Shown here: positions 52,523 through 64,000 of the stretch, piece after piece
Numbering within the stretch: the first letter of the stretch is position 1
Layout: each line of letters begins with the position of its first letter
NCBI GenBank assembly: GCA_951406725.2
Contig: OX597818.1
Location: 59,520,001 to 59,584,000 of the forward strand
Source: Octopus vulgaris
Lineage: Eukaryota
Reading direction: 5' to 3'
Length of the DNA: 64,000 nt
Notes under the pieces: generated by a model
What the model saw: the letters and a program-made list of their open reading frames with translations, nothing else
Told to the model about the DNA's origin: nothing
The model's database searches: none
Program-made: the position numbers and the translations under genes

Positions 52523-53176
52523 TTTGTCTATTTATTCGTTCATTCCACTCTTCGTTCTTTCGTTCCCCCTCTTTCACATTTGTTTGCCTTCTCTTCTTAC
52601 TCAGTTTCCCTCCACTGTTCACTTCACTCTGTCGCTGTCATTTTTCTCGCCCCTCCTTAATTCTTTTGTCCCTCTGCTTCTTCTTCTCCCTCTTCTCTAC
52701 CCACATGACCGGTGCCTGCACAAGCCTGTTCTTTTTTCCTGGTCGGCCGTTGTCCGTGCAACATCGATATTCTTCCCTGTGTTTGTGAGAACTTGTATCT
52801 CTGCCGTAAGGGTTTATTTCCACACACGCCAGCTTGATTTAATTCGTTCTAAGTCGAAAGACACCTGTTGTTATATCCTGTGTTTTGTAGTTGTGTAACA
52901 TTGTCCTTTTTCTCCGCCCTTCTTTTTGTATACATTCGCTGCTTTCTTCCAAGGAATCGAATGCTCCTAGTTTAGTTTTTCCTTGGAGCTGGCCAGATTG
53001 GAGCAATCTCAAGTATAATCAGCCGAAATTGCGAAGATAATCTTGTACCTGACTGAGGAGAGAAAAGTTCGAATGACCCGTCCTTGTTTCTTTGTATTGT
53101 CTATCTGTATGTTTTGTTGTCCCATTTTTGTATCACCGAACTGCCCGGATGTTTTGGGTTCTTGTCCCATGTTGTA
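52515..53176. mobile_element. Pyrimidine-rich element bounded by (TA)n arrays (possible PLE terminal region)
   Basis: Sharp TA boundaries and a strand bias like 27420-27770. No ORF of note. Confidence 0.35.
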
Positions 53177-53184
53177 TATATATA

Positions 53185-53227
<43 letters not shown>

Positions 53228-53727
53228 TAGTCCTGCGTCTGTCTGTCTGTGTGAGAGGGTATGTGTGGGTGGGTGTGCTGCGGAATAAAGAAGGAGTAAT
53301 TCAAGTTGAACTTGTGCAAGTTAGCAGCTCCTCAATTTGATTGGTATCAAGCCCGAAGCTACAAGGATAAATGGGATCCTCTTGATATTAGTAGGTTGTA
53401 TTGACCACATAGCTGCAATATCGATCTTGAGGACAATGCAGTCGTTTAATTTTTCAATTTCTTTCTAGAATATATTGTATTGTCCTGGAAAACCAAAATC
53501 AATAATCTGGTATTGACTCATATTTCTGTTCGGAAATATTGTATCAAATCTGTTTTGTTGTTCTGGCTTGATGTTTGCTTGAATGGTAAAATCCTTATCA
53601 TCAACACTTTCCTCATCATCATCATCATCATCATTCTTATTTTGAGATTTTCTTCTTTCAATTTTGCTTCCATTTCTTGTTAAGTGTCTTCCCGACCCCA
53701 TAAGGCAGACTTACCGTATACATTGAT

Positions 53728-54102
53728 CATCATCATTCATCATTGTTCGACCGTGGTCGACACAATGGAATTTACCATGCTACGCCAGACTTCACGGTCC
53801 ATCATGGCATTACGGAGTTCCTGTTGCTGGATGCCTGTATCCCTGGAGATTACATCAGGGTAGGAAAGTGTGCGCCCTCTGGTATTGCGAGTAGATGGCT
53901 TCCAGAGGAGAAGAGTAGAAATTACCTCTTTTTCAGCTCTACAACAATGTCCAGCAAACTGGACTCTGTTACCTTTCACAAGAGATGACACAGGTGGTAG
54001 TTTCCCATATATTTGCATTTTGGTTGGATGGCGCTTCCACGAGAGATTTTGATCTCTCATAAAGAGGTGAGTGTAGGTTCCATCCAACCGACTTTCAAGC
54101 TT
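53728..54102 (-). mobile_element. RTE-clade LINE 3' fragment (ORF 53740-54105) with (GAT)n tail
   Basis: RLDGTYT..NLSWKRHPTKMQIYGKLPPVS..RVQFAGHCCR..LLLWKP..RG..YPD..MMDREVWR. TSD CATTGAT at 53721 and 54103. Confidence 0.9.
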
Positions 54103-54321
54103 CATTGATAGGACAATAAGTAAAACACACCAGGTTCTACATTTTCAAAATTAAATGAAGTTAAGAGTACAAAGAAATTAAATTCCCTCGGTGGTAGTCG
54201 TTTGATTATCAGTGAAGCTCTTCTCGATGCGTGTGACGTACCAGTAGAGACAAACTTCTCCACTTCTTGCTTGGATGTTATACCAGCAATCATTTTCGAA
54301 TAATTTTCAGTTCTTTTTGCA

Positions 54322-54563
54322 TCTTTATATATAAAAGTAAGGTTGTATGCTGTCTGTCTCCTACGATTTAGATTCCTAACTACTCCCACATTTTGCGGTG
54401 CAGTTTAACCAAAACCGGGTATCTTATAGTCGTGATTTATATCGAGCCATAATTTTTTTTCCATTTTTAATGCATTTTTTTCTATTTTTTGGCTATAACT
54501 TTCTAAAAATGCTTTATAGTTATTTCCCTTAGAAACCCGAGCAACGCCGGCCGATACTGCTAG
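54322..54563 (+). mobile_element. Non-autonomous Helitron
   Basis: A|TCTTTATATATAAAAG start, CCCGAGCAACGCCGG hairpin, GATACTGCTAG|T end. Confidence 0.85.
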
Positions 54564-54759
54564 TTTTCTATAAATTATACAGGTTGCACACAAGTCTTAA
54601 TCTGAGACGTCTACAGACAAGTTCTGGCACCTTAAGGTGCTTACAGGTGAGGTGGTATGCAATTGAAAAACTGAGGTCTCTGGGACAAAAAATTCTTTAT
54701 AAAATTTATAATAACTCTAAATGAATAAGATTCTATTTACATAGAGAGGGATTAAGATA

Positions 54760-55429
54760 TATAGATGTTTTCCATCTAGTTTGGAATCTTTGCCATCAAA
54801 TTTGAATTCTTTGCAATCAAATTGGAATTCTTTGCCATCAAATTTGAATTCTTTGCAATCAAATTGGAATTCTTTGCCATCAAATTTGAATTCTTTGCAA
54901 TCAAATTTGAATTCTTTGCAATCAAATTGGAATTATTTGCAATCAAATTTGAATTTTTCAATTGGTTTTCAAGCCTTGAAAAAAAAAAAGAGAGAGAATT
55001 AAACTACATCAGCCGTAATGGAATACATGTCTAACTTATGTAACTCGTCCAGTAGAGCCTACAAATTGATATCTGAAAAGTTCGATGAAATAACTCATGA
55101 ACACTGCGATAGCTTCTACCAAAAGATACCCCGTTACGTTCACCGGTCTGATCAAGGGGAGATAATAGAAAAAGAATCATTCGTTTATTATCTCCCCTTG
55201 TTCAGACGGGTCGATGTAATGGACCATCTTTTGGTAGAAGCTATCGCAGAGTTATTTCATCGGACTTTTCAGATATCAATTGGTGGGCTCTACTGGATGA
55301 GTTAGATAAGATAGACATGTATTCCCTTATGGCTGATGGAGTTTAACTCTCTTTTTTTAAGGCTTGAGAACCAATTGAAAAATTCAATTTTGATGGCAAA
55401 TAATTCAAATTAGATCGAAAACATCTATA
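54760..55429. mobile_element. Foldback MITE, palindromic almost end to end, with a 21-bp tandem array in the left arm
   Basis: Termini TATAGATGTTTTCCATCTA / TAGATCGAAAACATCTATA. Arms pair inwards to AAGGGGAGATAATA / TATTATCTCCCCTT around 55178. Confidence 0.9.
54781..54957. repeat. 21-bp tandem repeat TT(G/T)GAATTCTTTGC(A/C)ATCAAA, about 8 copies
   Basis: Direct inspection. Confidence 0.95.
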
Positions 55430-55469
55430 ATATGGTGAGAATAAATACCCGTATGCTGTATGTTGTTTT

Positions 55470-56270
55470 GCAATTAACATACTGAGAGACACCAGAATTT
55501 CGGTTTACATAACAACAGTAATGTTGTTTGACATTTCACATTCTAATTTCTGTATCCAAGTCCTTATATTCGATCGAGCACTCAAACTTTTTAGAGATGT
55601 GTTTTGTCAGCAGGAGTACCAACGTTTATAATGTGTTTTCAACATAATATTTTACTATTGTGTCTTGGTGGCTAGCTTCAGTTTCTTGTCCAGTCAGTAC
55701 TCTGAACTGCCAAAGGTTTGTAACATCTTCACTGTTGGCAACTTGTGATGGATTATGTTCCCACTCGTTCTCTTTGCGAGGAAAGTTGCATATGCAGTAT
55801 ATTGACCATTGTTTTTACTGAGATGCCCTTTGCAAGTATTTTATCGATACACATATCTTGTTTCTGGATTTGCGCTTCTTATGCGAAACGAAGGGCTGCC
55901 ATCCATCTTTAAGAAGCGTACAGTGGTAATGTCTAGTCGTAGTTTCCAGTTTCAGGCTAAAGTATGCATTTCCACTCAATGGGTTGTTCTATATCAGGGC
56001 CCCAGTTCCAATCGGTTATTTGCCATGCAGTGGTTTTGGTACCAAGTTATCTTTAGTTTATTGAAGAATGATTTCTTTTGTAATTTTCATTGTTTGCTTC
56101 GCCTTTCTAGATGCGAGGACATATTCTTCGGTTACTGGTTCATCCTGAATCTATATTATTGCCTATCCTGAAGGTATGTTATCGTATTTCTTCTTTCCAA
56201 GTGCAATGTTCTGGTTTCTTCATTTAGAACCACCTTTAACATTCAGCCATTTGCTTCTTGCAGGTAGGCA
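55470..56270 (-). mobile_element. Old R4/Dong-like RLE LINE relic
   Basis: KPLHGK..WEHNPSQVANSEDVTNLWQFRVLT..YKDLDTEIRM on the minus strand. Confidence 0.65.
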
Positions 56271-56990
56271 GAATGTCTCATGCGTGCAATTTCCTATGAG
56301 AAAGAAAAGTCGAGACATATAACATGTTGGCTTGGGAAGTTAAGCAGTTGTGGTTGATGAAATGGGTAGCAGTAGTACCAATAATTTTCGAAGCCCTGGG
56401 AACAGAGAGCAAAATCTCGAGAAGTACGTGGAACAAATAAGGGCTGTCTTCTTTTTCCTAAAGTTATGCCTCTTTCGAGTACTGCATGTAATGCATTGTC
56501 ATCAGCTTTCGGATTTGATATTGGCTTTGCAAATTCCAGAGATGAACCAGTTAAAGATATTGAAGCTGTATGCGATTACGTGCATGGCTGATGTGTTTAT
56601 TGTCACAATTTGGTTTTTGGCATTAAATTCGGTTTCCAGGATAGCTCTCACTCTTTTCCTTTCTTATCTCTTCTCTCATTGGTGAGTGCTTAATTGCATC
56701 TTTTACACAATTTGATATTTGTAACAGCCCCAGATTCTTATTATGTTTTTTTCTTTTGCATCTCAAATTACGTTGCTATTATTACCAGTGGATGTTGCCG
56801 TATATCAGAATCATTAGCGCGCCGGACACGATGCTTATTGGAATTTCTCTGACTCGTTATGTTCTTGGTTGAAATTCCACCGAAGTCCAATTTACCTTCC
56901 TTCCTAAGATGATGCTGTCGGTTACTGAGATTGATGCAGACGACTTACTACTCTTCTCACAATCACTGGTCTTGTGCCAAACAGTGAAGC

Positions 56991-57033
<43 letters not shown>

Positions 57034-57035
<2 letters not shown>

Positions 57036-57445
57036 ATTTGCATAACTTCTAACGCTGGAGACGTACTACAGTGTCAGCTATTCATTACCAGTGAACTCAG
57101 GTAACACCTCTTATCTTTCGAGCACCTTCCAGAGTATTCGAACGGTTCCAAGCACTGCTATTTTCTACAAGTGCTCCACCCTTATTGCAGTCCCTATTTG
57201 TTCAACGTACTTTTAGAGATTTTTGCTCACTGTTTCCAGGGCTCCGACAATTACTGGTACTACTGCTACCTTTTTCATCGACCACAACTGCTTAACTTCC
57301 CAAGCCAACTTCTTATATGTCTCGACTTTTCTTTCTTCCTTATCGCATACCTTGTTGTCGGCTGGGAATACTATATCTATGATCCAGCTTAGTTTGTTTT
57401 CTTTCTCAATTAAGACTATGTCTGGCTTACAGCACTCTTCGCAGT
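57034..57445 (-). mobile_element. R4/Dong-like LINE 3' end abutting (TAA)n
   Basis: LWSMKKVAVVPVIVGALETVSKNL..VENSSAWNRS/RILWKVLE. The 3' end runs into the TAA array at 56991-57033. A + strand fragment of the same family lies at 56325-56445. Confidence 0.82.
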
Positions 57446-57833
57446 ATTACTATTATTATCATTGTTGTTGTTGTTGTTATTGTTCCTTCGCAACACAGTG
57501 TAGGTAAGAATGCACCGGAGTCTTTGCTCAACTGTGAAATCAAAACAAGGACCACAGACAGATAATTTCGTTAAGATGTGTGCTGTGTACAATAACCCTG
57601 TTTTTTGCAAAACATCAATCTTGCATGAGATTTCCAGGTACCATCATTAATTAAAGCGGCGGGCTGGCAGAATCGTTAGCACGCCGGGCGAAAAGCTTAG
57701 CAGTATTTCGTCTGCTACTACGTTTTGAGTTCTAATTCCGCCGACGTCGACTTTGCCTTTCATCATTTGGAGGTCGATAAATTAAGCACCATTTGAACCC
57801 CTACCCAAGCTGCCTTTATTGTAACAATTTGAA

Positions 57834-57868
<35 letters not shown>

Positions 57869-57874
57869 TATTAC

Positions 57875-58294
57875 TCTCTCTCTCTTTACTCTTTACTCTT
57901 TTACTTGTTTCAGTCATTTGATTGCAGCCATGCTGGAGCACCGCTTTTAGTCGATCAAATCGACCCCGGGACTTATTCTTTGTGAGCCCAGTACTTATTC
58001 TATCGGTCTCTTTTGCCGAACCGCTAGGTGACGGGGACGTAAACACACCAGCATCGGTTGTCAAGCAATGCTAGGGGGACACACACAGACACACAAACAC
58101 ATACACTTATATATATATATACACATATATACGACAGGCTTCTTTCAGTTTCGGTCTACCAAATCCACTCACAAGGCATTGGTCGGCCCGGGGCTATAGC
58201 AGAAGACACTTGCCCAAGATGCCACGCAGTGGGACTGAACCCGGAACCGTGTGGTGGGTTAGCAAGCTACTTACAACACAGCCACTCCTGCGCC
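57875..58294 (-). mobile_element. SINE B, full length
   Basis: Family B consensus, between (TAA)n tracts. Confidence 0.92.
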
Positions 58295-58296
58295 TA

Positions 58297-58336
<40 letters not shown>

Positions 58337-59492
58337 TTGAATTTATTATAATCATTCCAGTTCTTCTTCTTCTTCATCACTGTCTTACTACTTTCGTTTT
58401 TAATGTTATTACAATTATTATCCTCTCGCATACGAGTTCTACTGAAGTTCCTTTTTGTCATTCTGTGCATTTTCAGTCTTTCAATATCTTCTTTAATTAA
58501 GAAAGACAGGTATTTCACCCGTCCGCTGCTGTTAGCGAACAATCAGCTCATATAAAAATGTCAATAACAGTTCTTGATTTTGAAAGAGAAGAGGCAGCCT
58601 TGACAGTCGTAATAGCTCTACCGCTGAAACTATTGGCTGATTAGAAAATTATGTTAGCAAGGGAGAAACAGATTTTGTTAATATAAAACTTTTGGATGTC
58701 TGGCAACATCATCACCACCGACAATAACGTTAACAAGGAATTCGCAATTACAGCACCAGCAACAGCAACAACAACAACAACACCGACAGCTGTAGCCTCA
58801 CCAACGACAGCAAATATACAAATAAAAAAGACCAACAAGAAGAGTTTTTTTCAATTCATTATTTTTAACGAAAGTAGGAATTCCGATGCTACACGTCTCG
58901 AGGGAGAGCGTCGTTGGCAACGAGTCCAAAAGCAAGCATGACGACAAGAGAAAAGAGAAATTAACTTTAACATCATTGCCAATGTTTCGACTGAGATGAC
59001 GACGACGACGGGAACGACTCTGATGACCAGACAAACCATCTTCAACTCTATTCAGTTCACCAGTAACATCTCCACCACCACCACCACCACCAACTAAAAT
59101 CATATTTTTTTCTCTCGTTTTCCTCTATTGTATCCATCACTCCTTTCCTTACCAAGAGATCTCTTATCATGAACAGTTGCTGCATATGAAGCAGATTGAA
59201 TAAGTTCACTTCGAATATGAGCTTCATTACACGAGCTACAAAATTATTGAACCAGTGTTTTTGAAAGAGAATCAAATAAGCTGGAAAGAAGCTCAAATGC
59301 ACGTAAAGACGACAGACATAATAAGCACATTAATGTACTGCCTTACAGCGAAACGTGTAGGATAACATACACGGGTCACTGAGTGGAAAGGTCGTAGAAA
59401 CCCTGATAGAGAAATAACTGAAACGAATAGTACTAGAGAATATGGTTTTATTTCACAGAGACATTGTAATGTCCTGTACATCATTATATATA

Positions 59493-59657
59493 TATTTCTT
59501 TACTGCCCAGAAACGCCTAAACATAGAGGGGACAAACAAACACAGACAAAGGGAACAAGTCGATTGCATTGACCCCGGGGCGAAACTGGTACTTTATTTA
59601 ACGACCCCGAAAGGATGAAAGGCAAAGTCGACCTCGGAGGAATTCGAACTCCAAACG
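59493..59657 (-). mobile_element. SINE A, head-less copy
   Basis: Family A body and tail. Confidence 0.82.
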
Positions 59658-59683
59658 TTAGTTCATGATATATATGTGCGTAT

Positions 59684-59918
59684 AAGGCGGCGAGCTGGCA
59701 GAAACGTTAGCACGCCGGGCGAAATGCATAGCTGTATTTCGTCTGCCGCTACGTTCTGAGTTCAAATTCAGCCATGGTCGACTTTGCCTTTCATCCTTTC
59801 GGGGTCGATAAATTAAGTACCAGTTACCCACTGGGGTCGATGTAATCGACTTAATCCGCTTGTCTGTCCTTGTTTGTCTCCTCTGTGTTTAGCCCCTTGT
59901 GTGTAGTAAAGAAATAGA
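59684..59918 (+). mobile_element. SINE A monomer
   Basis: Family A consensus. Confidence 0.9.
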
Positions 59919-60958
59919 TATATATGTACGTATGTATGTATGTGTTTATGTATTGATGTATGTATGTGTGTACATGTATGTGCGTATGCATATGTATACA
60001 TGCATATGCATGTGTGCATGTATATACGCATGTATGTATGTAAGTATATACGTATGTACTTATGTATGTGAGTATCAAGGAGAGTGTGTAGACGTGTCTG
60101 TGTGTGTGCGTGCATGTGTATGAACATGTGAACGTATGTTTATGTACTGATATGTGTCTGTTCAAGTTAATAATATTATAATTATAATATTAATATTAAT
60201 TGATATTATAATTATACACAAATTACTTAATACTCTAAACAAGTGAAACTCGTAAATATATTGGTCTTACAGGTAGAATAGCATAACAAGTAATGTGCGC
60301 CCAGGCGGAATTTGAACTCTTAATCGTGAGAAAATATTTAGTTGATATTCATGTGTTGTGCTCAATCGTAAATAAATCCGATGTCAGTCAATCTATTGAT
60401 AAGAATTTTGTTTAGTCGATAAACAAAACCAACAAAATTGGAATACCTGATAGGAAATTATTGACAAAATAATAAAAAAAAATGTTTCTTAGTATAATCA
60501 TTGCCACATTATTAAACTGCCAGAAGAGATAATTTATACCTTATACCAATCTGTCAGACCAGATTATATCATAACTGACTAATCTTTGTGCTAGGGATGA
60601 ATTTCTGAGATAAGATATTTATTGAATAACATAAGTAGCTAATCACGCCGAATACGTCTTTTTTATTTCCATCCTGGAGACTCCATGCATATTTTTTGTC
60701 CTCTTTTATGATTGCTTTGTATTTTTGTTCATAACAGAATCTTTTCGGCAGCATTATTTATATATAATTTCGTACACTTTTTTTCTCTTGAAAATGATTT
60801 ATTGAAAATAAGAAATTGCCGAGTAGATAAAAACAAAACAAAAACAAAAAAAAACACCGTTATAACTGTGGTTGGATACACGGTTCAAGATTTCAAATAC
60901 GTGCAGTCATTTTATATTTGAAGGTCGAGCTGTCAAATTAGATGTAGTTTTCAATGGA

Positions 60959-61310
60959 GGAGGCGCAATGGCCCAGTGGTTAGGGCAGCGGACTCGCGGT
61001 TTCGATTCCCAGACCGGGCGTTGTGAGTGTTTATTGAACGAAAACACCCAAAGCTTCAAGAGGCTTTGGTATGGGGTGGTGGCTAACCCTGCTGTACTCT
61101 TTCACCACAACTTTCTCTCACTCTTTCTTCGTGTTTCTGTTGTACCTCCATTTCAAAGGGCCAGCTTTGTCACAGACTGTGTCACGCTGAATCTCCCCGA
61201 GTACTACGTTAAGGGCACACGTGTCTGTGGAGTGCTCAACCACTTTCTCGTTAATTTCACGTAGATCGGATCTACTGCAAGCCGCGTCGTCGAAATCGAC
61301 GGAGTGCCAC
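60959..61310 (+). mobile_element. SINE C plus tail 1
   Basis: Family consensus. Confidence 0.85.
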
Positions 61311-61837
61311 GATTTTTCAGTTAATAAATTTTACGTATAATTTCGTGTTCCATGTCTCCAAAGATGACACGATTAGCATCTTTACTCTTCGTAAATTTTG
61401 AGGTGTCATATTAGGCCAAGAGTGGCATAAAATCTATGATAAGTTTGAAACTCCTTGCACAGTCGTCCTCTCTCTCGAGCCTTTGATCATTTCGAATTCT
61501 CAGTGTTGTACTCCTGAATATACAGCACCATACCACACTAAATGACCTTGATCAAAGTTGTTTGAAGTAGTCTTTTTTTAATAAACAGTATTCAAGAATT
61601 TAATTGACCGTGTGCTGAAGAGAATTTTCTTTTCTGTACTGCTCAATAAAATGATTTACTTTTATTATACAACAATTATATTCCATTCGATTATTTTCGC
61701 CGCTGCAACACTAAAATACATGTCCTCACTCTCAATTTTGTATTTTCCAAGGATATAAATATTCTTCCGCTTATACTAAATTATATATTTAGTAAATAAC
61801 TAAATTTATTTTTTCCATACATCATTTTGCGATGCAT

Positions 61838-62063
61838 CTGGCAGAAACGTTAGCACGCCGGGCGAAATGCTTAGCAGTATTTCGTCTGCGTTACGTTGTG
61901 AGTTCGAATTCCGCCGAGGTCGACTTTGCCTTTCATCCTTTCGGGGTCGACAAATCAAGCACCAGTTACGCACTGGGGTCGATGTAATCGACTTAATACC
62001 TATGTCTGTCCTTGTTTGTCCCCTCTGTGTTTAGCACCTTGTGAGTAATAAAGAAATAGGTAA
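61838..62063 (+). mobile_element. SINE A monomer
   Basis: Family A consensus. Shares the TAATACCTATGTC variant with the dimer at 36914. Confidence 0.88.
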
Positions 62064-62400
62064 TATTTCCTTGGGTCATTGTTCTTTCTGGTCTTTCTGA
62101 ATCAGAGAGCCTCACCCAGATTGGATTGCTGAAGTCCCAGCTTGTATTCAGTTAGCACATTTAAGGGCCCTCATCACCTGATCCGCAGCCACCTTCAGGC
62201 AAGCTCTGCTATCTTCCTAGCCAGTCTGATGTCCTTCCACCTACCAGTCCCTGTGATGCTTAACACGTTGTAATCGAAACAGAGGGGAAACTGCTTACGA
62301 CCTCTCTACACTCCACCTCCATACGATCACATCCTGCTTGCCAACTTATTTCGTTCTCGTTCTCTCAGTTGCCACATCGATGCAGCCACCCCAGGAAAGG
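62064..62400 (-). mobile_element. HERO-like RLE LINE 3' relic
   Basis: Minus strand MEVECREV..IAELA*RWLRIR resembles EVGCRGF..AExAxRWLWIK. Confidence 0.45.
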
Positions 62401-63437
62401 GAGTTTTCTAAATTAAAATATGCATAATAATATCCCTCGTTACTTACGAGGTGAATGACCAGTTAGAATATAAATTATTTGGGTATCTGAGTAACACCAA
62501 CAATTATGAACACCGTTTTGAAAGGCTACAACATTTTGTCAAGCAATATAAGACACAACGTCTATCATAAACATCGATTCCATATATAAGACCACTCTGG
62601 TTCTCACTCTCTCTCTCTCTCACTCTCTTACCCACTGTCTGTATTCTCTCTTTCTCTCTCCGTCTCTGTCTCTCTCTCTTGTTCGCTTAATATATTGCAG
62701 GCGACTGTGGCAATTAATATATTTTTAAAAACATTTTTATTGAACCATGTTAAATAATAATTGAATAATTGGATAAACATTTTTTTCAAAGTCCTTTTAA
62801 ACTAATCATATTAAGTATACAACCATAGAACACGGTCGACAGCAGCAATAAAATTATATCAGGACGCCTGGTTTTTATTCATTATTAGTGGCTAGGAATG
62901 AATTTCAAGTAGACACTGTATATATGTTTGCTCAATGCCAGTAAATTTATCAGAAATCTGAAAATAAATTTTCTTATTTTTAATAGTGTAGCGCGAAGGA
63001 TATAAATCATTTATTTGCGTTATATCTTCAAGCATTAACACTGGCGAATCTCATTAACGTTTTATTCATACGCCATCAGAGGGGCTAATTTTAATTAGTA
63101 TAGTTATTAAGGCTTAGGTTACTTATTTGTACCCTAAGCTTTAACAGGGGATACAAAAGAATGAATAGTTTGAACTAGTGTAAACTCTTCAAAATTGTTT
63201 GTGGCGTTCAATTAACTACTCCTACTTTCTGGGAAAGGAACAAATCGAAGTTGCTTCATAAATGTTCCTAAGGACGGCAATATGATAATGCAGGTATGAC
63301 GGATTTATTCGTTAATCGTAAAAAAATGTAACATAAAATATTTTATTATATTTCATTATGTTAGAAACACTTACACAAACAGGCACACACACACACACCT
63401 ATTTATACGTAATACTAACAAAATAATTTGACATTGT

Positions 63438-63820
63438 GGAAGCACTCCGTCGGTTACGACGACGAGGGTTCCGGTTGATCCGAATCAACGGAACAGCCTG
63501 CTCGTGAAATTAACGTGTAAGTGGCTGAGCACTCCACAGACACGTGTACCCTTAACGTAGTTCTCGGGGATATTCAGCGTGACACAGAGAGTGACAAGAC
63601 CGGCCCTTTGAAATACAGGTACAACAGAAACAGGAAGTAAGAGTGAGAGAAAGTTGTGGTGAAAGAGTACAGCAGGGATCACCACCATCCCCTGCCGGGG
63701 CCTCGTGGAGCTTTAGGTGTTTTCGCTCAATAAACTCTCACAACGCCCGGTCTGGGAATCGAAACCGCGATCCTATGACCGCGAGTCCGCTGCCCTAACC
63801 ACTGGGCCATTGCGCTTCCA
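63438..63820 (-). mobile_element. SINE C plus tail 1, full length
   Basis: TSD AATTTGACATT. Confidence 0.92.
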
Positions 63821-64000
63821 CAATTTGACATTATGCGTTACATAAATATAATCACGTATGTATCAATCTTTTGAAGGAAGTCAATACACGCAATGCTTTT
63901 TGCATCATCAAACCCAAGGTTATCATCTTCCCTGCTGTTATAATGAACTTTGCCTCATTTCAAGGAGGTGAGGAGTGGTGGTTCCACAGCAGGGATTGTC

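Noticed and set aside
52353-52898. 181-aa hydrophobic ORF
   Set aside because: It spans a SINE end, a TA tract and a pyrimidine-rich repeat; compositional artefact.
54781-54957. CRISPR-like array
   Set aside because: Contiguous 21-bp units with no unique spacers, eukaryotic context, no cas genes.
58696-59100. Possible host exon (poly-Q/T, poly-G)
   Set aside because: Low-complexity CAA/GAC/CAC runs with stops nearby and no convincing splice sites.

Overview
AT-rich eukaryotic, repeat-dominated DNA with no recognisable host exon or functional RNA gene. Almost all ORFs in the track are microsatellite or SINE read-throughs. The SINE repertoire looks like that of a coleoid cephalopod (Octopus-like); this is an inference that needs a BLAST check. 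Contents: about 30 copies of four tRNA-headed SINE types (called A-D here), 3' fragments of RTE, CR1, R4/Dong-like and HERO-like LINEs, three or four non-autonomous Helitrons, a 670-bp foldback MITE, and a 5'-truncated Penelope-like element (RT C-terminus plus GIY-YIG) bracketed by inverted repeats. The most notable structure is a set of asymmetric long hairpins embedded in (TA)n arrays (29.5, 31.9, 44.5 and 44.9 kb). Their unpaired terminal extensions share a motif with the end of the Penelope element, and some carry hammerhead-ribozyme remnants. Other notable patterns are head + (183-bp)n SINE concatemers with a fixed junction, modular head/tail shuffling among SINEs, and hammerhead variants with a CUGU core. 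All alignments and folds were done by eye, and family names rest on remembered motifs, not database searches.
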